Part shown: in pieces, positions 18,693 to 27,826 of the stretch
Layout: every line of letters begins with the position of its first letter
How positions within the stretch are numbered: the first letter of the stretch is position 1
Origin: a virus
Lineage: Duplodnaviria > Caudoviricetes
Length of the DNA stretch: 33,122 bases
Virus record (IMG/VR): IMGVR_UViG_3300025621_000036
Coordinates: 1 to 33,122 of that record
Direction: 5' to 3' (one strand)
Made by a program: the position numbers and the translations under genes
The notes under the pieces: model-generated
The model's database searches: none
What the model saw: only the letters and a program-made list of their open reading frames with translations
What the model was told of the DNA's origin: nothing

Positions 18693-18728
18693 CAAAAATG
18701 AGCCGATTAGATTCGCTAATCGGCTCAT
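18693..18728 (-). terminator. Intrinsic terminator between the ssDNA-binding-like gene and the primase
   Basis: Perfect 13-bp stem ATGAGCCGATTAG / CTAATCGGCTCAT, 5-nt loop, followed by a short T run on the - strand. Confidence 0.8.
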
Positions 18729-18739
18729 ACTTAGGGTTA

Positions 18740-19630
18740 TCAGTCGAACAAGCTGTCTAACTTCATCTCAAGCTCTTCAGACTGCTTAACTGGCGCTACT
18801 GCTGGCTGCTCTGCTGGCTTACTGTCTAGCGCTGGCTCATAGTACGCCGACGCTTCATCGTCCTGAATAGACACCTTCGGTGCTGCTACTTGGGCGTGCG
18901 CTGGCGGCGCGGTCAATGCTGGCCCAGCGCTCTTCGGTGCCATAGTCCTGATAGCAATCTTAGTGTCGTCAGACAGCAACAAGGTATCTACTAGGGGAAG
19001 AGCTTTTTCTGGAACATAACCGTTTTGCTTGAACAGAAGCCTAGGATAACTCGCCTGCTCGTCAAAGCCAAGCTGTGTGATCGCTTCCTCTGGGCCGATG
19101 TTATAATTAGCTAGCTCTGTGAAGTACTCACGTAGTGCGCGCATTGCACTAACTGGCACAGTTAAACTATAGACTTTCTGCGGGTCTGCGGCGGGCACGA
19201 CAGCTAAATGGCGCTGGTCAGCACACATCTTAGACTTAGCACCTGAAGGCAGAATCTTAGAGCCTAGTACGTTGTTTGGGCAGTTGGCGCAGCTATCGTT
19301 GGCTGGGCTTTCTACTGATTGGTCAGGGCGCAGGCCGTCGCTAGAGAAACAAGCTGGGCGTTTGTCTTCCGCTGCTGGGTCAAATGCCTTGGAGTAGAAT
19401 ACTTTACTTACTCTAGGGTTAACGCCAACAATAATAGCGTCCAACTTATCGCCTACTACTGTTTCTACGCCGCCTTCCACTAACCTAAACTTTCCAGCAC
19501 GGATGCTGATACGTGGCACACTGGGTGCTGAGGTAGTTACGATAGCGTCAGCAAGTGATGACTTAACTCCGGTCTTGTTACGTTCCGCGATACGCGCGGC
19601 GATGTGGGCTGGTACTTGTACGTTGTTCAT
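18740..19630 (-). CDS. Putative ssDNA-binding / annealing protein
   Basis: PRISIRAGKF, PACFSSDG.RP, CANCP.N..GS...C motif and acidic tail (LDSLFD); position within the replication module. Confidence 0.65.
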   Translation of the reverse strand: MNNVQVPAHIAARIAERNKTGVKSSLADAIVTTSAPSVPRISIRAGKFRLVEGGVETVVGDKLDAIIVGVNPRVSKVFYSKAFDPAAEDKRPACFSSDGLRPDQSVESPANDSCANCPNNVLGSKILPSGAKSKMCADQRHLAVVPAADPQKVYSLTVPVSAMRALREYFTELANYNIGPEEAITQLGFDEQASYPRLLFKQNGYVPEKALPLVDTLLLSDDTKIAIRTMAPKSAGPALTAPPAHAQVAAPKVSIQDDEASAYYEPALDSKPAEQPAVAPVKQSEELEMKLDSLFD

Positions 19631-19641
19631 AATACTAATCC

Positions 19642-20025
19642 TTATTGGTTTTTTCTAAAGTTGAATACACTCACTGAACTAAAATTAACTCCCGGCGGTG
19701 GTTCGCCAGCAGCCTCTATGTAACTCCTAACAGCAGTCTTAGAAGCACGCGACTCTAGTAAGTCCCACGCGTCGTTGTCTCTGCAAAAGTTAAATAAGTC
19801 TTCTCTTGATGCTACAGTAGCTGAGTGGTGTGTTGACCAATAAGCTGTACCCGCATCTGTCTTGATAGATGAAAGACCATCTTCTTGTGACTTAACAGTA
19901 AACCAGTTTTCTAACGTTATCATCTTTTCTTTGATGCTGGCTTTGCGCTGCTTATACTCTTTGTCTAGCGCGTCGAGTTCTTTCCTGACCTTTAGGTATC
20001 GGTCAGCTGCCGTTTCATAGTTCAT
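19642..20025 (-). CDS. Conserved replication-module hypothetical protein (coiled-coil N-terminus)
   Basis: YLKVR...SIKTDAGTAY...LLESRASKTAV...PPGV pattern; GGAGA RBS before MNYET. Confidence 0.7.
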   Translation of the reverse strand: MNYETAADRYLKVRKELDALDKEYKQRKASIKEKMITLENWFTVKSQEDGLSSIKTDAGTAYWSTHHSATVASREDLFNFCRDNDAWDLLESRASKTAVRSYIEAAGEPPPGVNFSSVSVFNFRKNQ

Positions 20026-20042
20026 ACATTTCTCCAAGTAAT

Positions 20043-21593
20043 TTAGTCACTACTATTAATACCACGCACTAAGTCTAAGAACTCAGCTAACGTGTTTTGC
20101 TTTGCTCGGAGCCTTCTATAAAGCTCCGCTTCAAAGTTCGTTGCGTAGAGATGCCACACAGAAGTTCTTCCTTCCGTATTCAGTCTACGTATTCTTGCAT
20201 TGGCCTGCTCGTACTGCTCAAGTGAGTAGATCGGAGCGTACCAAATAATATCCTTCGCCGCAGTCAGTGTCAGTCCATGCGCCGCAACCTTGGGGTGGGC
20301 CAGTAGTATCTTAGGCTCATCAGTGTGCTGGAAGTTATGGAATATCTCATTCCTATCCTTAGAGCTAACGTCACCATTAACAAGCTCCACACTGTGGCCA
20401 TCGCCGCGCAGCTTCTCTATAAGCCATCGCTGTACGCCCTTTAGTGGCACAAAGATTATTACCTTCCCACCTATCTCTTGCAGCAAATCAGTAAGGGTAT
20501 TATACCGCGAGGAGCTGTCTATGACAATTGAGTCGTCCTCGCTGTAAACAACACCACAACAAATCTGTAGCAGCTTGGACAACATCACCGCAGTGTTAGC
20601 TGCTGTAACGGAACCCTCTGCGAAGATGGTTACTGCTTTCTCCTGCATATCCTTAAAAGCTTTTATCTGCTGAGTAGTTAGCTCAGTCTTCCGACCTACA
20701 AAGTTGGTGCTAGGTAGGTCAGTACATTCATCCAACGAGAAACGTATAGAAGGCTGCAATACTTTCTTACATGTTTCTAGGGCGTCATCTCTCGGTATCC
20801 ACTTAAACTGTGTGACTTTCTTCATCACTGTATCTTTAAACGCAGTAAAACTGCGCGCTACACTCGGCGAATCTACTAGCCTAGCCAGAGTCCACGCATC
20901 TGCGGGCGTCTGGGATATAGGCGTGCCAGTTAACATCCACAGCCAAGGCTGGTTGTTCTTCATATACTTAGCGAACACTTTGTAGCGCCTTGAAGAAGCT
21001 GACTTCAACGCAGTGGCTTCGTCATATATAACCACGTCGAAGTCTTCCAAGTGTTCCTGCATGTTAGTAAAGCCATCGTGGTTAATTATGGCGTACTGCA
21101 AACCGGGCGTCTCTAATAGGTCTAGGCGTTTCTTCTTTGTGCCTGTAATTATGGCGAACTGTCTATGCGACAAGTGCGCCTTAAGCTCCGCGCCCCATAC
21201 TACTTTAAGTGTAGACAGTGGGGCCACAATGAGAATCTTCTTGGCTACCCCCTCAGTTAGTAAGAAGTCCGCAGCCCACAGTGAGCTAATAGACTTACCA
21301 GTTCCCGGTGCGTTCAAGCACAAGCACTTCTTGTTAGTAGTAAGAAACGCAGCAGTGTCACGCTGGTGCTCCATCGGAGTAAACCGCGCGGGCCAATCGT
21401 AGTACTCCTTGATTGGCTCTGGCACGTTGAACCCCATGTTGCGCAGGACGATAGACTCATCAACCCCGTAAGGTATAGCTATTAGCTTCTCACCGTTATG
21501 CTCTAGCTGCTTAGCGTGCGGTATAAACTCGGCAATAGCATCGTTCTTAGAGCTGTTAATAATTATCTTTTTCTTGTCCTTGAGTACTAGCAC
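20043..21593 (-). CDS. SNF2-family (SF2) helicase
   Basis: PGTGKS Walker A, YDEA Walker B, LTGTP, HGLTLT and QANARIRR motifs. Start uncertain (GTG 21593 or ATG 21605). Confidence 0.9.
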   Translation of the reverse strand: MLVLKDKKKIIINSSKNDAIAEFIPHAKQLEHNGEKLIAIPYGVDESIVLRNMGFNVPEPIKEYYDWPARFTPMEHQRDTAAFLTTNKKCLCLNAPGTGKSISSLWAADFLLTEGVAKKILIVAPLSTLKVVWGAELKAHLSHRQFAIITGTKKKRLDLLETPGLQYAIINHDGFTNMQEHLEDFDVVIYDEATALKSASSRRYKVFAKYMKNNQPWLWMLTGTPISQTPADAWTLARLVDSPSVARSFTAFKDTVMKKVTQFKWIPRDDALETCKKVLQPSIRFSLDECTDLPSTNFVGRKTELTTQQIKAFKDMQEKAVTIFAEGSVTAANTAVMLSKLLQICCGVVYSEDDSIVIDSSSRYNTLTDLLQEIGGKVIIFVPLKGVQRWLIEKLRGDGHSVELVNGDVSSKDRNEIFHNFQHTDEPKILLAHPKVAAHGLTLTAAKDIIWYAPIYSLEQYEQANARIRRLNTEGRTSVWHLYATNFEAELYRRLRAKQNTLAEFLDLVRGINSSD

Positions 21594-21892
21594 AGAGAAG
21601 CCCATCCTCGGAACTCAGCTTCCCAGTCATGGATGTTGCTTTCCCTAACAATCCAGCACCTACCTTTGGACTGAATTATTCCCTGTATCTCGCGCAGTTG
21701 GTTGTTAGTCGGGTCGTTCTTACCAAACTTAGTTTCTACCCCGAACAGATTGCCTTTGTAGCAGCCTAGCAAGTCTGGTATTCCTGATCTCCCATAGCCA
21801 TTGGCTGGTGGCATGAAATACCATATCTCATCAGCAGGAAAACTGCTTAGTATTTTCTTAACTGCTTTCTTAACGTCCGCTTCGTTTTTCAT
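21587..21892 (-). CDS. VRR-NUC domain nuclease (possible resolvase)
   Basis: E..VK...GYGRSGIPDLL...GVETK...PT..Q motif. Confidence 0.88.
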   Translation of the reverse strand: MKNEADVKKAVKKILSSFPADEIWYFMPPANGYGRSGIPDLLGCYKGNLFGVETKFGKNDPTNNQLREIQGIIQSKGRCWIVRESNIHDWEAEFRGWASLC

Positions 21893-22575
21893 CTTCTTCC
21901 TCTCAATCTAGCGTCTGGGCAAATATCTTGCGCGGGGCACCACGGACAAAGACCTGAAGGCTTAGTCTTAAAGTAACCCAGATCGACTACCTCTTTAACC
22001 ATATCTAACCTAGGCTGAAGACCATTCCATAGGGCTTCTAAGTGGTCACGTTTGTACGTGGTGTTGTCTACCTGATCAAACTTTAACCAAATAAACGATG
22101 TTTTAACTTCTTGTACGTTTGGAAAGTGCGCGAACACCATTGCAGCAAATAGTTGTAGCTGCGTTGGATTATCTTTGACCTTTCCAGTTTTGTAATCAAG
22201 ACAATAAGCTGTATCACCGTCCACAACAAGGACATCAGCAATACTACGAAAATAAGCGTCACCGTCATACCAACCAGTTGGAACCCTTCTTTTATCAATG
22301 GCCATTTGGTACTCATAATACTTTTCTCCTCTTTTACTTTTTATTTTATCTACTAGGCCACCCCACTTCTGTAGGGTTTGCTTAGCCTCTAGTCCTAGCG
22401 GTGTCGGCAGCTCGTCTTTGCCATAGAGTTCTAGCACTTCATGCACTCGGTTACCGTAGGCACTTACCTCGTTGCCTTGGTCTTTAACGGTCTTAGAAAC
22501 ATATAAGTAATCGAACTTCGCTTGGCATTGCTCAAACGTGGACAGTCTGCTGTACGACAGCGCTATGTCAGACAT
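21889..22575 (-). CDS. PD-(D/E)XK / Cas4-like exonuclease
   Basis: LSYSRL..F..C, GNRVHEVLE, AD...DYKTGK, QLQLFA and CPWCP....C. Confidence 0.88.
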   Translation of the reverse strand: MSDIALSYSRLSTFEQCQAKFDYLYVSKTVKDQGNEVSAYGNRVHEVLELYGKDELPTPLGLEAKQTLQKWGGLVDKIKSKRGEKYYEYQMAIDKRRVPTGWYDGDAYFRSIADVLVVDGDTAYCLDYKTGKVKDNPTQLQLFAAMVFAHFPNVQEVKTSFIWLKFDQVDNTTYKRDHLEALWNGLQPRLDMVKEVVDLGYFKTKPSGLCPWCPAQDICPDARLRGRR

Positions 22576-22585
22576 AAAGTTTACC

Positions 22586-22858
22586 TTAGTTATTTAGTTT
22601 AGTTATCGGTACTGCTAGCCACTTGGCAGATAGCCTTTCGTAAGCGTTATCTAGGTGAGTCTCAGACTTTTTCCAACGCCCATTATACTCTCGCGCTCTG
22701 AGTGTTCGGTCTGTAATCCTGTCTCTGCCATACATCCTAGAGTGGATGGTCTTGTTATTAACCCCAGTTATGTCGCTAATCTCGCGCAGTGTGTAACGTG
22801 CCCCAGTCACTAGCTTCGGGTGGTTACCCGCAAATATAAACATTCTTTTTGGTCGCAT
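22586..22858 (-). CDS. Putative HTH DNA-binding protein
   Basis: YTLREISDITGVNNKTIHSRM is HTH-like. Confidence 0.65.
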   Translation of the reverse strand: MRPKRMFIFAGNHPKLVTGARYTLREISDITGVNNKTIHSRMYGRDRITDRTLRAREYNGRWKKSETHLDNAYERLSAKWLAVPITKLNN

Positions 22859-22867
22859 ATTATTTCC

Positions 22868-24703
22868 TTACTTAGCATCGCCGTATGACGGCCCGATTTC
22901 AGTTTCGCAATCCACTGGGATATGCCCTCTACACCACTTAGGTGTTAGACGAAGACTCTCCTCCATGTGTAGCCTAGCGGCTGCAACTTCATCGTTGCGA
23001 GGTACGCATACAGCTTCGTCATGTACGGATAAACGTACTGGATATAAATGATTAATCCTAGCTGTCTGCCACATAACAATCTTCATTGCTGCGTGCTGAC
23101 ATAGGTTCTCTACTACTTTCGGCCCGTATATTCTAACACGTTGCCGACCCATCTGGTAAGTCCATTCTTCACCATCGTACTGTAAGTCATGGTATACAAC
23201 GCCGGGTTCGCCGGGTCTGCCAAAGCCACCTTTCTGCGTTATAAACCAGCCCTTCCTATCTACTGGTATCATGGAGCACCCGTTGGCTATGTCAGGCAGT
23301 ACAACCTTCTGGCAGTACTTCCACAAATCTACAATATCGTGGTGAACCTCTCTGTACAAGTTCACGATCTCAAACGAGCGGTCTAGCGTAATAGGCTCAA
23401 CGCCCGGAATATTGTTAGACGCTTGCCTTACCATCTCTTGGAATCGTACCGCCCCAGCGCCGTACTGTAGCCCTAGCATCGCTGTCTTACCTAGAAACCT
23501 CTCAGCTTTATCCGCCTTGGTAATCTCTCTGTTAAACAACCTAGTAGCAAAGTCGCAGTACATATCCGCGCCACCTTCTAGCTTTACAATAGCGTCGTCT
23601 TGCCCTGCCAAAGCCATAACAGTTCGCAGTTCAATATTAGATGAGTCACCTACAAGAACTGTATGCCCTTCCGGCGAGCGTAGTGCTTTGCGTAGCCCAG
23701 CAGATACACCACGAGCTGGCAAGTTCTGCCAATTAACTTTGTTACCCCCAGAGTAACGCCCTGTAGTCTTAGCGCCCCAGAAATTTAGGTACACTGGTAA
23801 AGGGCCACGCTCAGTCATGTTAATAAACCGCAGCGCCCGAGTCTCAGCTATCGTAGTCTTCGCGCCTAGCCTCGCAGATACTAACGCCGCTACATTGGGG
23901 TCGTCGTGCTCCTGTAGCTCAACAAACTCTTTATCAGTCTTGGCAAACGCATACGCTTCTTTACCTGTCTTCACACTGATCTTAGTCGGTGGAGTTATCC
24001 CATGCACCTTTAATCGCTCGGCAAACTTATTATTAGACATAATCTCAGACTTGTCTAAGTCAGCCAGCGCCATAAGCCCTTGCTTGCGGATAATCTCGTC
24101 GTCATACAACTTGTTCATCATGTCTAGCCCACCTACTAAAGTAGGCTCAGTGAACATACGTATAGTCATGTCTATAAGAACCGCCTCCAGCTCTGGCGTA
24201 AACTGGTCTAGCCGCTCACCTATCTGCTCGCACAGAAGTGTGTCCTGCCTACAGTAGTCAGCGTACTCGATTAGCTCTGGCTTAGTCATATCTTCTAGCC
24301 GCTTGCCAACCATATTGTGAACAGCGCTACCCTTATCCTCGAAACCCATGTACTTTGCGATATTAGCTAAGCTGTGGCTCGGGAGCCAAGGGTAAACCAT
24401 ACGCGCCTGCGACAATGTATCTAGCCATCGCTTAGGGTTTATTCCATATCGCTGTGACAATATGAATCCATCGAACAAAGTGTTGTGGCATCTGATGCCA
24501 ATAGTAGACCAGTCGCAGTAACCTTGCAGTTTTGCCTTGATGGTTTCTTCGCTGCCTGCGAATACCTTAGACTCGCCATTCATGCGAACGCACACCATGA
24601 TAGTTTGGTAGCGGTCGTCTAAGATGTACTCGTCTGTCTGCATCTTACGCAGCGAGAACTCTTTATCGTAGTACGTTTCAAAATCTAACGTAACTATATC
24701 CAT
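22868..24703 (-). CDS. polA: Family A DNA polymerase (3'-5' exonuclease plus polymerase)
   Basis: Exo LDFET, HNTLFD, YCRQD; TTGRYSG; motif A DSSNIELR; motif B RFLGKTAMLGLQYG; motif C VHDE. Confidence 0.95.
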   Translation of the reverse strand: MDIVTLDFETYYDKEFSLRKMQTDEYILDDRYQTIMVCVRMNGESKVFAGSEETIKAKLQGYCDWSTIGIRCHNTLFDGFILSQRYGINPKRWLDTLSQARMVYPWLPSHSLANIAKYMGFEDKGSAVHNMVGKRLEDMTKPELIEYADYCRQDTLLCEQIGERLDQFTPELEAVLIDMTIRMFTEPTLVGGLDMMNKLYDDEIIRKQGLMALADLDKSEIMSNNKFAERLKVHGITPPTKISVKTGKEAYAFAKTDKEFVELQEHDDPNVAALVSARLGAKTTIAETRALRFINMTERGPLPVYLNFWGAKTTGRYSGGNKVNWQNLPARGVSAGLRKALRSPEGHTVLVGDSSNIELRTVMALAGQDDAIVKLEGGADMYCDFATRLFNREITKADKAERFLGKTAMLGLQYGAGAVRFQEMVRQASNNIPGVEPITLDRSFEIVNLYREVHHDIVDLWKYCQKVVLPDIANGCSMIPVDRKGWFITQKGGFGRPGEPGVVYHDLQYDGEEWTYQMGRQRVRIYGPKVVENLCQHAAMKIVMWQTARINHLYPVRLSVHDEAVCVPRNDEVAAARLHMEESLRLTPKWCRGHIPVDCETEIGPSYGDAK

Positions 24704-24749
24704 AGTAATGCCTATTGATTAAGTTAATAAGTGGTGGTTAAATAGACTA

Positions 24750-24806
24750 CGAGTATTCATAGTTCTACTCTCCTCCTCTTTAGCCTCCTTCGGGAGGCTC
24801 TTTTTT
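24750..24806 (+). ncRNA. Candidate ~57-nt antisense-oriented small RNA with CU-rich anti-SD segment
   Basis: Possible promoter TTGATT-17-TTAAAT (24715-24743), CTCTCCTCCTC tract and + strand terminator. Expression is inferred only. Confidence 0.4.
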
Positions 24807-24959
24807 AAGTTCTTTTCCTTCAGCGTCGTGAAACACCATTTCTATCTGCTCGTTAGTCGGCATATCTTTTCTGCCCTTACCAAAGATAGCGTCCCAGTTA
24901 CTCTCGAACTTATCTTTGTCGATCTTAAGTGGTCGCTGCTTATCACCTTTACCATTCAT
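24780..24959 (-). CDS. Small phage hypothetical protein
   Basis: GKGDKQRP...FESNWDAIFGK motif; GAGGAG RBS. Confidence 0.7.
   Translation of the reverse strand: MNGKGDKQRPLKIDKDKFESNWDAIFGKGRKDMPTNEQIEMVFHDAEGKELKKEPPEGG
24782..24806 (+). terminator. Intrinsic terminator oriented against the local genes
   Basis: AGCCTCC-TTCG-GGAGGCT-C-TTTTTT; no U tract on the - strand. Confidence 0.8.
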
Positions 24960-25239
24960 CTTCATCACTCCTCGCGTTAATTGCACGCCCAGTGTAGTCA
25001 GACTTCAGCATCTCTAGCGCACCCAGCATAGTTGCGTGGGGTAATCCAGACAGCCAAGTATCTACTACCTCACCTTTGGCGTTCACAGCCACTGCTGCGA
25101 AGCCGTCGGCTTTAATCTCCACCATGACATCCCTGAACTCTTTTAGTAGCCTTTCAAAGTCTGGGTCTAGACCTAGGGCAACTGGCTCAGGTACGGGAAC
25201 CTTAGACACCTTAGTAAGGTGGACTACTTTATCATCCAT
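24949..25239 (-). CDS. Hypothetical protein
   Basis: Coupled ORF with GGAG RBS; DKVVHL N-terminus and MLGALEMLK motif. Confidence 0.7.
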   Translation of the reverse strand: MDDKVVHLTKVSKVPVPEPVALGLDPDFERLLKEFRDVMVEIKADGFAAVAVNAKGEVVDTWLSGLPHATMLGALEMLKSDYTGRAINARSDEDEW

Positions 25240-25438
25240 TGTACAAACTCCACTCTACTAGGATAAACGCTAGCAGTACTCCAGTGTATATAAGTACCGA
25301 GATATTCCTGAACGCTACCTCCTCCATACACCATGCTTTGAACTTGGTTAGCCTGCTAGGCGTGTACCACTCCGATCTTTTCATAGCCTTATCAGCTATA
25401 GCGTTTGCTTCTTTGATAATTCTTTTAGTCTCAGTCAT
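25232..25438 (-). CDS. Small membrane protein
   Basis: C-terminal hydrophobic helix ISVLIYTGVLLAFILV; coupled ORF. Confidence 0.65.
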   Translation of the reverse strand: MTETKRIIKEANAIADKAMKRSEWYTPSRLTKFKAWCMEEVAFRNISVLIYTGVLLAFILVEWSLYNG

Positions 25439-25625
25439 CTTTTCTTACTCCAGTTAGCTTCCCGATTACAGTATAGTTATTGTCATCAAGAAATTTCTTG
25501 AAGGCCTTACGCTCTTTGTAGCGGACTTCCGCGTCTTGCACCATTAGCAATGAACCTGCTAGGCACCCCACGAACACTGAAAGTATTACGACAGCAAAGA
25601 ACGCTTCTATAAGTAAGTCGATCAT
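25431..25625 (-). CDS. Small membrane protein
   Basis: N-terminal hydrophobic helix; coupled ORF. Confidence 0.65.
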   Translation of the reverse strand: MIDLLIEAFFAVVILSVFVGCLAGSLLMVQDAEVRYKERKAFKKFLDDNNYTVIGKLTGVRKDD

Positions 25626-25783
25626 ATCTCATCCTCCGTATCCTCTAAAAATATCCATGCTGCGTCTAGCGACGCCCGAACGTGCTTAGACAAATGGTCT
25701 TCTGGAAAGTCAGACTCCACTGCCGCACCTAAGTTTTCAAGAAGCTGTTTAGCTTCACTCAGTAATATCGCCGTTTTGCTCAT
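25622..25783 (-). CDS. 53-aa hypothetical protein MSKTAILLSEAKQLL... (not in ORF track)
   Basis: GAGGT RBS; fills the gap and has an ATGA overlap with the next gene. Confidence 0.6.
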   Translation of the reverse strand: MSKTAILLSEAKQLLENLGAAVESDFPEDHLSKHVRASLDAAWIFLEDTEDEI

Positions 25784-26141
25784 CTCTACCTCTCAAATTA
25801 TCTAGTAATACATCAGTGTCGCTAAGCCGCTTCATTATGTCGTTGCTCTGAGAGCTTAGCTCGTCATAAATTTCCCTAAAATTTTCAGTCTGCTTTGCCA
25901 TCTGTTGCTTAAGTAGTTCGTTAGCCTCGGATAACTCCGCGATCATAGCCATAGCTTTGGCAGACGCTGGGTCATGTTCTTCCCACATAAAAAAGCCAGC
26001 AGTCTGAGATAAATTATAGTATCGCTTAACAGTAGTAGGGGCTAAGCCAAATATCACACCTAGATTATCCCAGCTTACCCCCTTAACTCTAAGCTCATGT
26101 ACCTCAGCTATTTGATCTATAGTTAGTTTTGGTTTTTTCAT
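25755..26141 (-). CDS. HTH plus coiled-coil protein (candidate regulator)
   Basis: KLTIDQIAEVHELRVKGVSWDNLGVIFGLAPTTVKRYY HTH followed by heptads. Confidence 0.7.
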   Translation of the reverse strand: MKKPKLTIDQIAEVHELRVKGVSWDNLGVIFGLAPTTVKRYYNLSQTAGFFMWEEHDPASAKAMAMIAELSEANELLKQQMAKQTENFREIYDELSSQSNDIMKRLSDTDVLLDNLRGRDEQNGDITE

Positions 26142-26148
26142 ACATCAC

Positions 26149-26433
26149 CTAGAACTTAGGGTCGTACAGTACATGGGCTACCGCGTCGCCTTTGTGGATC
26201 ACCTCATAGAAATCACCAAGGTGCGTTGCGCCACGGGCTTTCATCTCCTGAACAATAACAGAGATAGACCTGCCAACTGTTGCTACGTACACAATCTTCG
26301 CAGCGTTATCTACCGTTAGCCAGTCACGTTGTACATCTAGGCTAACGCCCAGTTCTTCAAAGCCCCGCACTAGCTTGCTTTCTAGGCGTACTAGGCGGGA
26401 AGTTACGTTGTCGTGCGAGTTAAATTTGGACAT
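26149..26433 (-). CDS. Hypothetical protein
   Basis: Coupled ORF with GGAG RBS. Confidence 0.65.
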   Translation of the reverse strand: MSKFNSHDNVTSRLVRLESKLVRGFEELGVSLDVQRDWLTVDNAAKIVYVATVGRSISVIVQEMKARGATHLGDFYEVIHKGDAVAHVLYDPKF

Positions 26434-27532
26434 TGGTTACTACTCCAAAAGGTGCTGTGTATTCTCTAGCGCCTGTATTAGCCCATATGACTGGGCAGAT
26501 TGGCTCATCGCACTCGGACATATCGCCTTCCATATCCGTAAAGTATATCAGCCCTTGTATATGTGCATCCGTATCTTCTAGGTAATCGAACACCGGCTTA
26601 AACCGAGTGCCACCACCACCTTTGCACCTAAGCTCTATGTCATCACCCTGCTCGAAACGCTGGGTGTGCATGATTTTAGTGTCACAGTAAACTACTTCTA
26701 CAAACTCAGGGTTGAGGTCTTCGCTGATCTGCTGAACTTCTGTAGCAATCTGCGACAGCTCTTCCTGTGACATAGACGCGGATGAATCAATACCGACTAA
26801 GATACCCCCAAGCGCCTCACTGTGCAAGCTCGGTAAGTATAAGCCCTGCCCAATAAACCTACGAGACGGTCGGCGGTACGTGTAATCACTAGCCGCAGCA
26901 GATGTCATCAGCGCACGTAACTCGTCTCGCCAGTCCACTGAAGGCTTGCCTACGGACTTAAGTATGTTATCTATGATGCCACTGCCATGCCCGCAATCCT
27001 TAGCCATCTGCGCTGCCGCTGCAATGGTAGCCTCTAGGTCAGACTTGGTAGCTTCTGTAGGTGCGTCAGATATGTCACCCTCGCCATCGAATCCACCTGA
27101 GTCATACTGTGGCTCACCTGCCTCCTCCTCGTCTTTCTTGAGGCGCTTGTACACTGTCTCGGAGTCCATATCTTCAGTTACCCAGCGAACGTCTACGCCC
27201 CCGGCTGGCAGTGAGTATCCACGACTTCTGATGTAAGCGTTAATTATCGCGTCGTTGGCGTAGTTCCATAGGCGCATCTCTCGATCACCTCTACGCCACA
27301 TGTGCATCAGGACTACGTGTAGCGCCTCGTGCAGCACTAGCCCGAACAGCTCTGCGTTGTCACACTTCGCTACGAAGTCTGGATTAAACAATACTACCGT
27401 GCCATCAGTACCCGCTGTGGGTATTGTCTCGTCTATCTTGCGGGGTATTCTAGTCATAACTGCGGCAATGAAAGGCTCTTTAAGCCCTAGCTTGCTGTAT
27501 GCAGTCTCGATACGCTTTTCTGTAGTTTCCAT
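26420..27532 (-). CDS. Metallopeptidase plus VWA-like domain protein (DUF2201-type)
   Basis: TAGTDG, LHEALH, WNYAND..IN; then IDSSASM (MIDAS-like), GGGGTRF and YFTD. Confidence 0.88.
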   Translation of the reverse strand: METTEKRIETAYSKLGLKEPFIAAVMTRIPRKIDETIPTAGTDGTVVLFNPDFVAKCDNAELFGLVLHEALHVVLMHMWRRGDREMRLWNYANDAIINAYIRSRGYSLPAGGVDVRWVTEDMDSETVYKRLKKDEEEAGEPQYDSGGFDGEGDISDAPTEATKSDLEATIAAAAQMAKDCGHGSGIIDNILKSVGKPSVDWRDELRALMTSAAASDYTYRRPSRRFIGQGLYLPSLHSEALGGILVGIDSSASMSQEELSQIATEVQQISEDLNPEFVEVVYCDTKIMHTQRFEQGDDIELRCKGGGGTRFKPVFDYLEDTDAHIQGLIYFTDMEGDMSECDEPICPVIWANTGAREYTAPFGVVTNVQI

Positions 27533-27571
27533 TGTAATGCTCCAGTAAATAAGTAAGTTAATCCCATGGGA

Positions 27572-27826
27572 TTAAGCCGTTATGAGTGCTATATGCGCTG
27601 ACAGCACAGTCTCTGCGTCGCGCTTAGTCTTGAACTCCTGCGGGTTGGTGTCGAAACCTATAAGTTTTAAAGTATAGCACCCGCTTTTAGAGTCTATAGT
27701 GCCGACCATGTTGCCAATATTGTCTATGCCACGGGGGCGACGTAACCGCTCCTGATGTGGCTGTGATACTTTTATGAAGTACCACGACCCCCCGTCACCA
27801 CTATATAACTCTATGAAGTTAGACAT
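27572..27826 (-). CDS. Hypothetical protein
   Basis: ATG overlaps the AAA gene end; its TAA stop lies within the palindrome. Confidence 0.6.
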   Translation of the reverse strand: MSNFIELYSGDGGSWYFIKVSQPHQERLRRPRGIDNIGNMVGTIDSKSGCYTLKLIGFDTNPQEFKTKRDAETVLSAHIALITA

